Part shown: positions 40,833 through 50,500 of the stretch, in pieces
How the letters are laid out: the number at the start of each line of letters is the position of its first letter
Position numbering within the stretch: position 1 is the first letter of the stretch
NCBI GenBank assembly: GCA_052033955.1
Contig: JBPOJD010000008.1
Coordinates: 5,628 to 69,627, forward strand
Source of the DNA: Candidatus Hydrogenedentota bacterium
Lineage (GTDB): Bacteria > Hydrogenedentota > Hydrogenedentia > Hydrogenedentales > SLHB01
DNA length: 64,000 bases
Reading direction: 5' to 3'
The notes under the pieces: model-generated
The model's input: only the letters and a program-made list of their open reading frames with translations
Told to the model about the DNA's origin: nothing
The model's database searches: none
Made by a program: the position numbers and the translations under genes

Positions 40833-41750
40833 ATGGCCAGCTACATCGTGCGGCGCCTGATCGGCATGGCGCCCGTGCTGTTCATCATCGCGACCGTGGT
40901 CTTTTTCCTGGTGCGGCTGGCGCCGGGCGGACCCTTCGACGCCGAGCGGCGGGTCAGCGAGGAGGTCATGCGGCATCTTCGGATGCACTACAACCTCGAC
41001 GCGCCGTTGCACGAGCAGTATCTGAGCTATATGGGCAATCTGTTGCAGGGCGATCTCGGGCCTTCCTTCCGCAAGCCCACCCACACCGTTGCCGAATGGA
41101 TCGCGCTGCGCTTTCCCGTTTCGCTCGAGCTGGGTGTGTACGCGTTGATCATCGCGCTGCTGTTTGGTCTGGCTGCGGGCGTCGTCGCGTCGCTCCGGCC
41201 CAACTCCTGGCTCGATCACGTGCCCATGGCGTTTGCCATGACGGGCATCTGCATCCCGAACTTCATGCTGGGACCGCTGCTGGTGCTCGTGTTTGCGCTG
41301 TGGCTCGGATGGCTGCCGGTCGCCGGCTGGGACAGCGCGGCGTCCAAGATTCTGCCTTCGGTGACGCTGGGCGCCGCCTATGCCGCCTACATTGCGCGCT
41401 TGAGCCGGGGCGGCATGCTCGAGGTGCTCCGGCAGGATTTCATGCGCACGGCCCGCGCCAAAGGCATGCGCGAGGGCGCGGTGGTGCTCAAACACGGCCT
41501 CTGGGGCGGCATGCAGCCCGTCGTCTCCTTTCTCGGACCGGCAGCGGCCGGTCTGCTCACGGGCAGCTTCGTGGTCGAGATGATCTTCCAGGTGCCCGGC
41601 CTTGGCCGCGAATTCGTGCAGGCGGCATTCAACCGGGACTACACGATGATACTTGGCACGGTGCTGTTCTATTCGCTGCTGATCCTGGTCTTCAACCTGC
41701 TCGTGGACATCGCCTTGGCCTGGCTGGACCCCCGGGTGACGTATGACTGA
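40833..41750 (+). CDS. Peptide ABC transporter permease (OppB/DppB-like)
   Basis: Six TM helices. EAA-like loop ...AKGMREGAVVLKHGL. Confidence 0.85.
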   Translation: MASYIVRRLIGMAPVLFIIATVVFFLVRLAPGGPFDAERRVSEEVMRHLRMHYNLDAPLHEQYLSYMGNLLQGDLGPSFRKPTHTVAEWIALRFPVSLELGVYALIIALLFGLAAGVVASLRPNSWLDHVPMAFAMTGICIPNFMLGPLLVLVFALWLGWLPVAGWDSAASKILPSVTLGAAYAAYIARLSRGGMLEVLRQDFMRTARAKGMREGAVVLKHGLWGGMQPVVSFLGPAAAGLLTGSFVVEMIFQVPGLGREFVQAAFNRDYTMILGTVLFYSLLILVFNLLVDIALAWLDPRVTYD

Positions 41751-42630
41751 TACCGCCATGACCCCGGACACGCCCATCGAGCGGGGCGCCTCGCTGTGGA
41801 AGGACGCCTGGCGGCGCCTTCGCCGCAACCGCTTCGCCGTCACCGGGCTCGCGGTCCTCATCGTGATGCTGGCCGCGACCTTTGCGGGCCCGCTGGTCAC
41901 GCCGCACGGGTACGCCGCCCAGGACCTTGCGCTCGGCGCCACGCCGCCGTCGGCGACCCACTGGTTCGGCACCGACGACCTGGGCCGCGACCTGTTTGTG
42001 CGGGTGCTGTACGGCGGCCGCATCTCGCTGCTCGTCGGATTCGCGGCGACGGTGGTCTCGCTGCTCGTCGGGGTCACCTATGGCGCGGCAGCAGGATTCC
42101 TGGGCGGTCGCGTGGACGCGCTGCTCATGCGCATCGTGGACATCCTGTACGCGCTGCCGTTCACGTTGTTCGTGATCATCCTGATGGTCTTCTTCGGCCG
42201 CAACATTGTGCTGCTGTTCGTGGCGATCGGGGCCGTGCAGTGGTTGACGATGGCGCGCATCGTGCGTGGGCAGGTGTTGAGCCTGCGCCAACGCGAGTTC
42301 ATCGACGCGGCGCGCACCATGGGCTTCTCGAGCGGCCGCATCCTGTTCCGCCACGTGATCCCGAATGTGTTGGGCCCCGTAATCGTGTACGCCACGCTGA
42401 CCGTCCCGAACGTCATGCTGCTCGAGGCCTTTCTGAGCTTCCTTGGCCTGGGCGTGCAGGCACCGATGAGCTCGTGGGGCGTGCTGATCAAGGAAGGCGC
42501 CAACACCATGGAAGAATACCCGTGGCTCCTGCTTTACCCGAGCGTCGCGCTGGCGCTGACGCTCTTTTCTCTGAATTTCCTGGGTGATGGCCTGCGGGAC
42601 GCCCTGGATCCGCAGTCGTCCCGCGACTGA
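41743..42630 (+). CDS. Peptide ABC transporter permease (OppC/DppC-like)
   Basis: N-terminal OppC_N segment, TM core, loop AARTMGFSSGRILFRHVIPN. Confidence 0.85.
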   Translation: MTDTAMTPDTPIERGASLWKDAWRRLRRNRFAVTGLAVLIVMLAATFAGPLVTPHGYAAQDLALGATPPSATHWFGTDDLGRDLFVRVLYGGRISLLVGFAATVVSLLVGVTYGAAAGFLGGRVDALLMRIVDILYALPFTLFVIILMVFFGRNIVLLFVAIGAVQWLTMARIVRGQVLSLRQREFIDAARTMGFSSGRILFRHVIPNVLGPVIVYATLTVPNVMLLEAFLSFLGLGVQAPMSSWGVLIKEGANTMEEYPWLLLYPSVALALTLFSLNFLGDGLRDALDPQSSRD

Positions 42631-42641
42631 AAGGCGACAAC

Positions 42642-43988
42642 ATGGACCTGACGTGGCTGCAACTGGTGAAGGCGGACGCGGCGATCGAGGCGCAACAGCT
42701 TGCCGACGAAGGACGCGATGCATCGGCGCTTCAGGCGGATTTCGACGCGATCCAGCAGGCGGACGACAACCCGGCGGGCCTGCACGGCCGCATCATGGCG
42801 CTGCTCGCCCGCACGGGCAGCCTGCCGTTCAAGGACCCCGGGCGTGCGGTCGAGCCGGACGAGCTGGCGGACATTCGCGCGGCGTGCCCAAAGACGTGCG
42901 CGCCGTCCACCTGCGATGCCGGCGGCGTGAACCTCGAGGACGCGGTGCGCGGCGCGTGGCTGGGCCGAGTGGGCGGCTGTCTGCTGGGCAAGCCTGTCGA
43001 AGGGCTGACCGCGCGACAGATAGAGGCGATACTCGTCGAACAGGACAACTGGCCCTTGCGCGGGTACATCCGTCGGCCCTCGGACGCGCTGGTCGCCGCC
43101 GAGCGCATCGCCGCGTCGGAGCACCGCGCGTATATCGACGCCATCGACGGCATTCCCGAGGACGACGACCTCAACTACACCGTCATCGGTCTGCTGGTGA
43201 TGGAGCAATTTGGCCTCGGCTTTAGTCCGGAGGACGTGGCCGGGACGTGGCTGGCGCGGTTGCCGCTGCTGTCCACGTGTACCGCCGAGCGCGTCGCCTA
43301 CAGAAACGTGGCCATGGGCATCCTGCCGCCCGCCAGCGCGCGGCATGGAAACCCGTACCGCGAGTGGATCGGCGCACAGATCCGGGCGGATGCCTACGGC
43401 TACGTGGCGCTGGGCGACCCCCGGCTGGCGGCGGAGCTGGCTTGGCGCGATGCGTCGGTCAGCCACATCGCAAACGGACTGTACGGCGCGATGTGGGCGG
43501 CGGCAATGATCGCGTTCGCGCCGTTTGCCGACAGCCCGCGCGCGATCATCGAGCGCGGACTTGGCGAGATCCCGGAACCTGCCCGGCTCACCGTGGACCT
43601 GCGGGCCGTACTCGCGTGGCACGACGCCGGAGCCGCCTACGACGAGGCCGTGGCGCGGCTGCACGCCCGCTGGCAGGAGTCCAACCCGCACCACTGGTGT
43701 CATGTGATCAGCAATGCGCAGGTCGTGGCGATCGGATTGCTTTGGGGCGACGACGATCCAGGCCTCAGCATCTGCCGTGCGGTACAACCAGCGTTCGATA
43801 CCGACTGCAATGGGGCAACGGTGGGATCCATCATGGGGATGCGCCACGGCGCGGCGGCGTTGCCCGCGTGGTTGACGGCTCCCCTGTCCCGCCCGATCGA
43901 GAGCGGCGTGCGCGGTTACCACCGTTTTGACGTCGAGACCGTCGCCCGGCGGACGCTGGACGTGCTGTGCGCCCGGTTGGGCGGATAA
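42642..43988 (+). CDS. ADP-ribosylglycohydrolase (ARH/DraG-fold) family protein with ~100-aa N-terminal extension
   Basis: AWLGRVGGCLLGKPVEG opening motif, Asp/Thr-rich metal-binding segments (DDDLNYTVIGL; FDTDCNGATVGSIMG). Located between permease and ATPase genes of the peptide importer. Confidence 0.65.
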   Translation: MDLTWLQLVKADAAIEAQQLADEGRDASALQADFDAIQQADDNPAGLHGRIMALLARTGSLPFKDPGRAVEPDELADIRAACPKTCAPSTCDAGGVNLEDAVRGAWLGRVGGCLLGKPVEGLTARQIEAILVEQDNWPLRGYIRRPSDALVAAERIAASEHRAYIDAIDGIPEDDDLNYTVIGLLVMEQFGLGFSPEDVAGTWLARLPLLSTCTAERVAYRNVAMGILPPASARHGNPYREWIGAQIRADAYGYVALGDPRLAAELAWRDASVSHIANGLYGAMWAAAMIAFAPFADSPRAIIERGLGEIPEPARLTVDLRAVLAWHDAGAAYDEAVARLHARWQESNPHHWCHVISNAQVVAIGLLWGDDDPGLSICRAVQPAFDTDCNGATVGSIMGMRHGAAALPAWLTAPLSRPIESGVRGYHRFDVETVARRTLDVLCARLGG

Positions 43989-43992
43989 CGCG

Positions 43993-44967
43993 ATGCCGCT
44001 GCTCACGGTAAACGGCCTGAAGACCCACTTTCACACACGCGACGGCATTGTGCGCGCGGTGGACGGAGTGTCGTTTACCGTCGATCCGAACGAGACCGTC
44101 GGCATCGTCGGCGAGTCCGGCTGCGGGAAATCGGTCACCGCCTACAGCCTGCTCGGCCTGATCCCGATGCCGCCGGGACGGATCGCGGGCGGCGAGGCCC
44201 ACTTCGAGGACATCGACCTGCTGCACGCGCCACCCGGGGTTCTGCGGCGGGTTCGCGGCCGCCGCATCGCGATGATCTTTCAGGACCCGATGACGGCGCT
44301 CAATCCGTACCTGCGCGTGGGCGATCAGGTGATGGAGCCGCTGCGCGTGCACGGTCTGTGTGGCCGACATGAGGCCCACGCGCGCGCCATCGAAGCGTTG
44401 CAGGCCGTAGGCATCCCCGAGGCCGCAGCGCGGTTGCGGGCCTACCCGCACGAGTTCAGCGGCGGCATGCGGCAGCGGGTGATGATCGCCATGGCCCTCG
44501 TGACGCGGCCGCAATTGATCATTGCCGATGAACCCACCACCGCGCTCGATGTCACCGTGCAGGCGCAGATCCTTGACCTGCTCGCGCGGCTGCGCGCGGA
44601 GTATGGCCTGGCGGTGATGCTCATCACGCACGACATGGGCGTTGTCTCGGCGCAGTGCGAGCGCCTGCTCGTCATGTACGCCGGCCGGATTGTCGAGAGC
44701 GGTCCGACGGGCGACGTCTTCGCCAAGCCGAGGCATCCGTACACCCAGGCCCTGCTGGATGCGTTGCCGAGTGCCGGCGCCAAGGGCCGCCTGCTCAACG
44801 CCCTGCCGGGACTGCCCCCGGACCTCTCCAAAGATCTGCGCGGCTGCGCCTTTGCGCCGCGCTGTCCCCATGCCGCGCCCGTGTGCCACACCGTCACGCC
44901 GACGCTCGACGAGATCGCCGCGCACCGCCATTCCGCGTGCCTGCGCGTGCAGCGAGGAGAACGCTAG
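43993..44967 (+). CDS. Peptide ABC transporter ATP-binding protein (OppD/DppD-like)
   Basis: Walker A GESGCGKS, signature FSGGMRQR, Walker B LIIADEPTTALD, C-terminal oligopeptide-transporter extension with Cys pair. Confidence 0.88.
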   Translation: MPLLTVNGLKTHFHTRDGIVRAVDGVSFTVDPNETVGIVGESGCGKSVTAYSLLGLIPMPPGRIAGGEAHFEDIDLLHAPPGVLRRVRGRRIAMIFQDPMTALNPYLRVGDQVMEPLRVHGLCGRHEAHARAIEALQAVGIPEAAARLRAYPHEFSGGMRQRVMIAMALVTRPQLIIADEPTTALDVTVQAQILDLLARLRAEYGLAVMLITHDMGVVSAQCERLLVMYAGRIVESGPTGDVFAKPRHPYTQALLDALPSAGAKGRLLNALPGLPPDLSKDLRGCAFAPRCPHAAPVCHTVTPTLDEIAAHRHSACLRVQRGER

Positions 44968-44970
44968 CGC

Positions 44971-45948
44971 GTGTTGCTGCAACTGGAGAAGGTTCAGACC
45001 CATTTCCCGGTGTCCTCGGGCCTGTTCTGGCGGCGCGAGACCGGGGTGGTGCGCGCGGTGGACGGCGTCAGTTTTTCCGTGGGCGCGGGCGAGGTGATCG
45101 GGCTGGTGGGCGAGTCGGGCTGCGGTAAATCCACGCTGGCGCGCACGATCATGCGCCTCGTGCGGCCCACCAGCGGCCGCATCCTCTTTGACGGCCACGA
45201 TCTCGCGGCGCTGAGCCCGCGCGCCCTCCAGCGGATCCGGCCGTCGCTTCAGATGATCTTCCAGGACCCCTATGCCTCGCTCAATCCGCGTCTTACCGTC
45301 TTCGACACGCTGGCCGAGCCGCTGTTGGTGCATGGGCGGGTCGGGCGCAACGCGGTGGCGCAGCACGTGGGCGAACTGATGGAACGCGTGGGGCTGGCCC
45401 GCCGTTTCATGCGCAAGTATCCGCATGAATTCAGCGGCGGACAACGCCAGCGCATCGCCATCGCGCGGTGCCTGGCGCTGAAACCCAAGGCGATCATCGC
45501 CGACGAGCCGGTGTCGGCCCTCGACGTGTCCGTGCAGGCACAGATCCTCAACCTGCTGCAGCGACTCAACACGGAAAGTGGCCTGACCATGATCCTGGTG
45601 AGCCACGATTTGTCGGTCGTCCACCACCTGGCCCACCGCATCGCGGTGATGTACCTTGGGCGCATCGTCGAAATTGGCGATGCGCGCGCGCTGTTCGAGC
45701 GGCCCCGGCATCCCTACACGCAGGCGCTGATCGACGCCGTGCCGTCGATTACGCCCGGCGCGGCACGGCAGCGCGTCCCGGTGACCGGCGATCCGCCCTC
45801 GCCCCTCCATCCGCCGCCGGGATGCCCGTTTCATCCCCGCTGTCCACACGCACGCCCGGAGTGCGCGGCGTGGACGCCCGAGTTTTACCGCGTGGGCAGC
45901 CAGGAGGCGGCCTGTCTGCTGCTGCGCGAGGACAGCCCCGACCGCTGA
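44971..45948 (+). CDS. Peptide ABC transporter ATP-binding protein (OppF/DppF-like)
   Basis: Walker [32 protein letters not shown] start with GAGGAG RBS. Confidence 0.88.
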   Translation: MLLQLEKVQTHFPVSSGLFWRRETGVVRAVDGVSFSVGAGEVIGLVGESGCGKSTLARTIMRLVRPTSGRILFDGHDLAALSPRALQRIRPSLQMIFQDPYASLNPRLTVFDTLAEPLLVHGRVGRNAVAQHVGELMERVGLARRFMRKYPHEFSGGQRQRIAIARCLALKPKAIIADEPVSALDVSVQAQILNLLQRLNTESGLTMILVSHDLSVVHHLAHRIAVMYLGRIVEIGDARALFERPRHPYTQALIDAVPSITPGAARQRVPVTGDPPSPLHPPPGCPFHPRCPHARPECAAWTPEFYRVGSQEAACLLLREDSPDR

Positions 45949-46047
45949 CCGCGGCAATCCGCGTGGACGCGTCGCGCGGGGCTGTGTTAAGGTTTTTCGG
46001 TCGAGGATGGCGGCGAACCGCCGCCCTGTCAACACAAGGAGCTTACG

Positions 46048-48108
46048 GTGACCACTTCGCTGCGCCCGCGTCCGAGGACCTCCACGGGAACGCTGCTGAC
46101 GACCTTTATCTTGGGTCTGCTGATCGGTGTGTCCGGCGGCTACCTCTTCTGGGCGCCCGGCGGGCTTTTTCCCCAGGAACCCGGCGTCGAGCAAGCACCG
46201 CCGCCACCACCCGAGGCCGCCGTCGAAGTTCAGCCGGAAGCAACGGACGCACCCGGCGCTCCTGCGTACGAGGAAAACCTGTGGCCGGGCCGCCACCTGT
46301 TCGTCGCGGTCTCGGGCGCCGAGTTGCCGGACGCCGAGCGCGCCGTGTTGCGCGAGGTGTTGCCCGGCGCGGTGATCCTTCCCCCTGCGGCGCTCGAGAC
46401 GCCCGCGCGAACGCGCCAGCTCGTTGACGGCCTCCGCACAACGATGGGGCTCGGGACGACCGCCGCAAGTCTGCCGCTCATCGTTGCCGCTCCAGAGCAT
46501 CTCCCTGGCGTGCCGATGCCGGGAGCGGCCGGCGTCTGGCCGCCGGAGCAGGAAATCGTGTCCTACGCGGACGCGCTGGCCGCGGCATGCCGCGAACGTG
46601 GCGTCGGCGCGTTGCTGACGCCCGACCTCGACCAGGGGTGGCAGCGCGCATCCAGCATTTTCCCGGCGACGGATCCGGCACAGGACCAGGACCGGACGAT
46701 CGCCCTGGCGCTGGCCGTGGCCAACGCGCTGCTCGAGCGCGGCATCCTTACCATCGCATCCACCTATCCCGGCATCGGCCATGCCGTCAACCAGGCGGAT
46801 GTGCCGATCCCCGTGCTGGACATGCCGCTCAACGCCCTCGCCGAGGCGTTGTATCCCTTCAGCGAAGCCGTCGCGCAGGAGATCCCCGGCGTACTGGTCG
46901 GGCACGTCGCCGTGCCCGCACTCGACCGTGCCCAACCGCAACGGCCCGCGTCGTTGTCTCCGGTCCTGGTCGAGGCGGTACTACGCGAGAAGTGGGGATA
47001 CCAGGGCGTCATCGTCGCGCAGGATGTCTCCAGCCTTCCCGGAACCGGGGCAGAGACGGCGGTCGTGCAGGCCTTGCGGGCGGGCTGCGATGCGGTCATC
47101 GTGAAAGGCGGCGATCCGGCCGTTCTGCGATCGGCCGTCGCGGCGGTCGAAACGGCCGTGAGCGTTGGCGCGTTGTCCAACGAGCGGCTCGCCGATTCGA
47201 AGGCGCGGCTCCAGACGTGGCAGGAGCGCATTGGCGCGCCGCATGGCCTGAAGGGACCGCTGCCCGTCTATGCACCACCTGTTGCGGCCCAAGCTGACTC
47301 GGTGGCGGAGGCACCCGCCGACGCAGCTCCCGAGGAGTCCGCGCCGACGGCTTTCGGACCCGCTGGGGAGGCGGTCCCTGAGACACCGGAAGACGAGATA
47401 GCGGTGCAACCGGAAGCGGAACCCGCAGAGGATGCGGGGCCGGCGCCCCAGCCCCCGGGCACCCGCAAGGAGACCTACGTCATCCAGCCCGGCGACCGCC
47501 TCATGCGCATCGCCGAACGGCAGGGGGTGTCCGCGGCGGACCTCGTGCGGTGGAACGCGCTGGGCAGCGCCGACAACATCAAGGCGGGACAGCGCCTCGT
47601 GGTCTATGTGCCGGAGGAGGTTCGCGCGCCCGAATCCCCGGCCGAGCCGCTGGAGGCGCCGGTTGTCCAGGAACCGCCCTCGGCCGAGAATCCCCCTGCG
47701 GAGCCGGAGGCACCTGCGGAACCGGCCGTAGAGGTTGTACCCGAGGCGGTGACGGAAGCCGGTCCGGAGGCGGCGCCCCCGGCCGTTCCCGCTCAAGCGC
47801 CGTTGCCCGAACCGGAGGCCGTCGTGGTCGAAGAAGCGCCCGTCGACGAGCCCGAGGCCGTCGTGGTAGAGGACACGTCGGTTGACAAGGTGGAGGCTGC
47901 GGGACAACCCGACGCGCCACCTCCCGGTGTCGAGCAACCAGCACTCGAGACGGTCCGGCATCGCGTGGCGCCGGGTGAAACCGTGCGCAGCATCGCGCGG
48001 CGCTACAACGTATCGTGGCGCGACATTGTCGAATGGAACAACCTGCGCGACGCCAATGACATCAAGCAGGGGCAGCGCATCGTGGTCAAGACCGGCGCGG
48101 GGGAATAG
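46048..48108 (+). CDS. Membrane-anchored GH3-like (NagZ/beta-hexosaminidase N-domain) protein with long acidic Pro/Glu/Ala/Val linker and two C-terminal LysM domains
   Basis: N-terminal TM. ASTYPGIGHA resembling GH3 KHFPGHG. Two LysM repeats (YVIQPGDRLMRIAERQGVSAADLVRWN; HRVAPGETVRSIARRYNVSWRDIVEWN). Confidence 0.6.
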   Translation: MTTSLRPRPRTSTGTLLTTFILGLLIGVSGGYLFWAPGGLFPQEPGVEQAPPPPPEAAVEVQPEATDAPGAPAYEENLWPGRHLFVAVSGAELPDAERAVLREVLPGAVILPPAALETPARTRQLVDGLRTTMGLGTTAASLPLIVAAPEHLPGVPMPGAAGVWPPEQEIVSYADALAAACRERGVGALLTPDLDQGWQRASSIFPATDPAQDQDRTIALALAVANALLERGILTIASTYPGIGHAVNQADVPIPVLDMPLNALAEALYPFSEAVAQEIPGVLVGHVAVPALDRAQPQRPASLSPVLVEAVLREKWGYQGVIVAQDVSSLPGTGAETAVVQALRAGCDAVIVKGGDPAVLRSAVAAVETAVSVGALSNERLADSKARLQTWQERIGAPHGLKGPLPVYAPPVAAQADSVAEAPADAAPEESAPTAFGPAGEAVPETPEDEIAVQPEAEPAEDAGPAPQPPGTRKETYVIQPGDRLMRIAERQGVSAADLVRWNALGSADNIKAGQRLVVYVPEEVRAPESPAEPLEAPVVQEPPSAENPPAEPEAPAEPAVEVVPEAVTEAGPEAAPPAVPAQAPLPEPEAVVVEEAPVDEPEAVVVEDTSVDKVEAAGQPDAPPPGVEQPALETVRHRVAPGETVRSIARRYNVSWRDIVEWNNLRDANDIKQGQRIVVKTGAGE

Positions 48109-48164
48109 ATCCCGGCCCGGCATTGGTCCTTTAGCAATAGGGACCATGCGAAAGGAGGCCGGCA

Positions 48165-48352
48165 TGTACACGATCGCAAAGCTCAGCGAAGATCAGGTCC
48201 GTGCCCTGCGTCAGTTCGAGGAGGCCGAACACGTCCGGGTGCTTGCGCTCGACGACATCCCGGTGACACCGGCGGACCTGCCCGAAGACACGCTCGATCA
48301 CCTGCGCAGCCTCGAGGAGCGCCTCGGCGTGTGTCTGGTGGCCGTGCGCTGA
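48165..48352 (+). CDS. Small hypothetical protein (62 aa)
   Basis: Strong RBS AGGAGG 6 nt upstream of ATG. MYTIAKLSEDQVRALRQFEE... No known domain. Confidence 0.4.
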
Positions 48353-48355
48353 CCG

Positions 48356-49183
48356 TTACGGCTGATCGCCGCCGCGCGGTCCACGATCGCGGCCGCGTCC
48401 GTCGCCGGGGCCGCCAGCGCGTCCACCCATGCCCAAGCCCATCATGGACATGAACGGGTCCCGCATGACCTGCCGCAGGGAATCGGCATAGGCCTGACGT
48501 TCCGCTTCGGTGGTCAGGCCAAGGCTCTCCGCGGCGGCGGCCATGACCGCCTGTTGCTGCTCTCGCAGCAGGGAACGGGTTTCACCGAAGGTCTCGCGCA
48601 GTTGCGCGCTGACCGCTTCGCGTTCCTCGTCCGTCTGCGCATCACGCATGAGCTGACGCAACTCATACATCTCATTGAGGTTGGCGCTGATGGCGCTTAT
48701 CCGCTCCTGGCTGGCGCGGTCCACGGCGGCGTCGTACTGTTGCGCGAGGAAATCGGTGATGCGCTCCTGCGCCTGGGCCGCAAACTGCTGGCGCTGCGTG
48801 CGCCACTCCTCGCGGCGCTGTTCGCGGCTCGCCTCGTCCTCGCCCTGGCGCGGCGGCACCGACTCGAGCATGGCCGCGTCCGGGTCGGCGCTCAGCGATT
48901 GCAGCCACTCTTCGGGCAGTTCGAGATTGACCGGACGCGCCTCGGCCAGCGACGCCTGAAGCTCCTGCACGCGCGCCTCCAGCTCGGCGTTCTCCAGGCG
49001 AAGACGCTCAACTTCCGCGAGGAGTTCGCCGTCGGGCTCGACGGCGGCCGGGACCGCCTCCATGGGTTCGGCCAGACCGGCCGGCACGGAGGCGACAGGG
49101 GGTTCCGGTTGGGGTCTGAGTACCAACATCGCCGCGCCGGCAACCGCCGCGGCCGCCACAATCATTATCACGTACCGTGTCAT
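48356..49183 (-). CDS. Periplasmic coiled-coil protein with Gly/Arg-rich C-terminus, unknown function
   Basis: N-terminal TM/signal (YVIMIVAAAAVAGAAMLVL), long helical Gln/Glu/Arg-rich region, C-terminal MMGLGMGGRAGGPGDGRGRDRGPRGGDQP. Overlaps the 3' end of the response-regulator gene. Confidence 0.5.
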   Translation of the reverse strand: MTRYVIMIVAAAAVAGAAMLVLRPQPEPPVASVPAGLAEPMEAVPAAVEPDGELLAEVERLRLENAELEARVQELQASLAEARPVNLELPEEWLQSLSADPDAAMLESVPPRQGEDEASREQRREEWRTQRQQFAAQAQERITDFLAQQYDAAVDRASQERISAISANLNEMYELRQLMRDAQTDEEREAVSAQLRETFGETRSLLREQQQAVMAAAAESLGLTTEAERQAYADSLRQVMRDPFMSMMGLGMGGRAGGPGDGRGRDRGPRGGDQP

Positions 49184-49184
49184 G

Positions 49185-50495
49185 TCAACGATCCTCCTCG
49201 GGTTCCGATACATCAAAGCTGCGTAGTTTGTAGATCAAGTTGCGCCGGCTGATGCCCAGCAGCCGCGCGGCATGCGTCTTGTTTCCCCGGGTCTTGGCAA
49301 GCGCCTCCAGAATGGCCTGCCGTTCGATGGCTTTCATGTCGCCGATCAGCACTTGGCGTGGTCCGGCGCCTTCGGGTGCATTGCGAAGGTGCGGCGGCAG
49401 GTCGTCGGGAAGAATCAGGCCGCCGCTCGACACAAGCGCCGCGCGCTCGAGTGCGTTGCGCAACTCGCGAACGTTGCCCGGCCAGGCGTAGTGCATGAGC
49501 ACCCGCTCGGCGGCCGGGGACAGTCGCTTCCGGTGCGGCGCCAGGACGAGATCAGCCAGGGGAAGGATATCCTCAGGCCGGGCGCGCAGGGGCGGCACGG
49601 TGATCGTGAAGACGTTGAGCCGGTAGAAGAGATCCTGACGAAACACGCCCCGCTCCACTTCGTCCGCGAGCGAGCGGTTGGTGGCCGCGATCACGCGGAC
49701 GTCGGTCGGGAGATCGCTGGCGCCGCCGACCCGGCGAAATACACGGCTCTCGAGCACGCGCAGGAACTTCGGCTGAACGTCCAGCGGCAACTCGCCCACC
49801 TCGTCGAGCAAGATCGTGCCGGATTCGGCCTCCTCGAAACGCCCGATGCGCCGGCCCTGTGCGCCCGTGAAGGCGCCCTTCTCATGGCCAAACAGTTCGC
49901 TCTCGACAAGATTGGCCGGCAGGGCGGTGCAATCCACCACCACCAGGGGGCCGGCTGCGCGCGGGCTTCTCTCGTACAGATAGCGCGCAACCACCTCCTT
50001 CCCGACGCCGCTTTCGCCCAGGATCAGCACCGGGGTCTCGGTCGGCGCGACGCGGGCCGCCTGGTCGAAGACCGCGCGCATGGCGGCACTTTCCGCCACG
50101 ATGCCCGGCCCAAGATCAGGCGACGTCCCATTGTCCGGCCGCAGCAGGTCATCCACCACCGCAATCAGTTCGTCGAGGTCGATCGGCTTTTCGAGATAGT
50201 CTGCCGCGCCCGCCTTGATGGCCCGAACCGCGTCGCGCACGTCGATGTAGGCCGTGACCAGGATGACGGGAAGGCCGGGCCGGTCGCGCTTGACCTGTTC
50301 AAGGACCTGGAGGCCGTCCATCCCGGGCAACCGCACATCGAGAAGCATCAGCGAGGTCCCCGGCGCGGCAGCAAGAAATTCCTCGCCGCTGGCGCAGAGG
50401 ATCGTGTCGTAGCCCGCAGTTTGCAGGGCATTATTCAGGAGTACCCGCTGTGCCGGGTCGTCTTCCACGACGGCAATGAGAGCAGTTGTTGTCAT
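49185..50495 (-). CDS. Sigma-54-dependent response regulator (NtrC family: REC + AAA+ + Fis HTH)
   Basis: Phospho-acceptor in [11 protein letters not shown], Walker [15 protein letters not shown] sigma54-contact motif, C-terminal [19 protein letters not shown]. Confidence 0.9.
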   Translation of the reverse strand: MTTTALIAVVEDDPAQRVLLNNALQTAGYDTILCASGEEFLAAAPGTSLMLLDVRLPGMDGLQVLEQVKRDRPGLPVILVTAYIDVRDAVRAIKAGAADYLEKPIDLDELIAVVDDLLRPDNGTSPDLGPGIVAESAAMRAVFDQAARVAPTETPVLILGESGVGKEVVARYLYERSPRAAGPLVVVDCTALPANLVESELFGHEKGAFTGAQGRRIGRFEEAESGTILLDEVGELPLDVQPKFLRVLESRVFRRVGGASDLPTDVRVIAATNRSLADEVERGVFRQDLFYRLNVFTITVPPLRARPEDILPLADLVLAPHRKRLSPAAERVLMHYAWPGNVRELRNALERAALVSSGGLILPDDLPPHLRNAPEGAGPRQVLIGDMKAIERQAILEALAKTRGNKTHAARLLGISRRNLIYKLRSFDVSEPEEDR

Positions 50496-50500
50496 GCACG

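Noticed and set aside
43831-46941. 1036-aa minus-strand ORF
   Set aside because: Antisense shadow of the oppD/oppF/GH3 genes. Low-complexity Arg/Gly/Ala-rich translation with no recognisable motifs. The plus-strand genes have clear Walker motifs.
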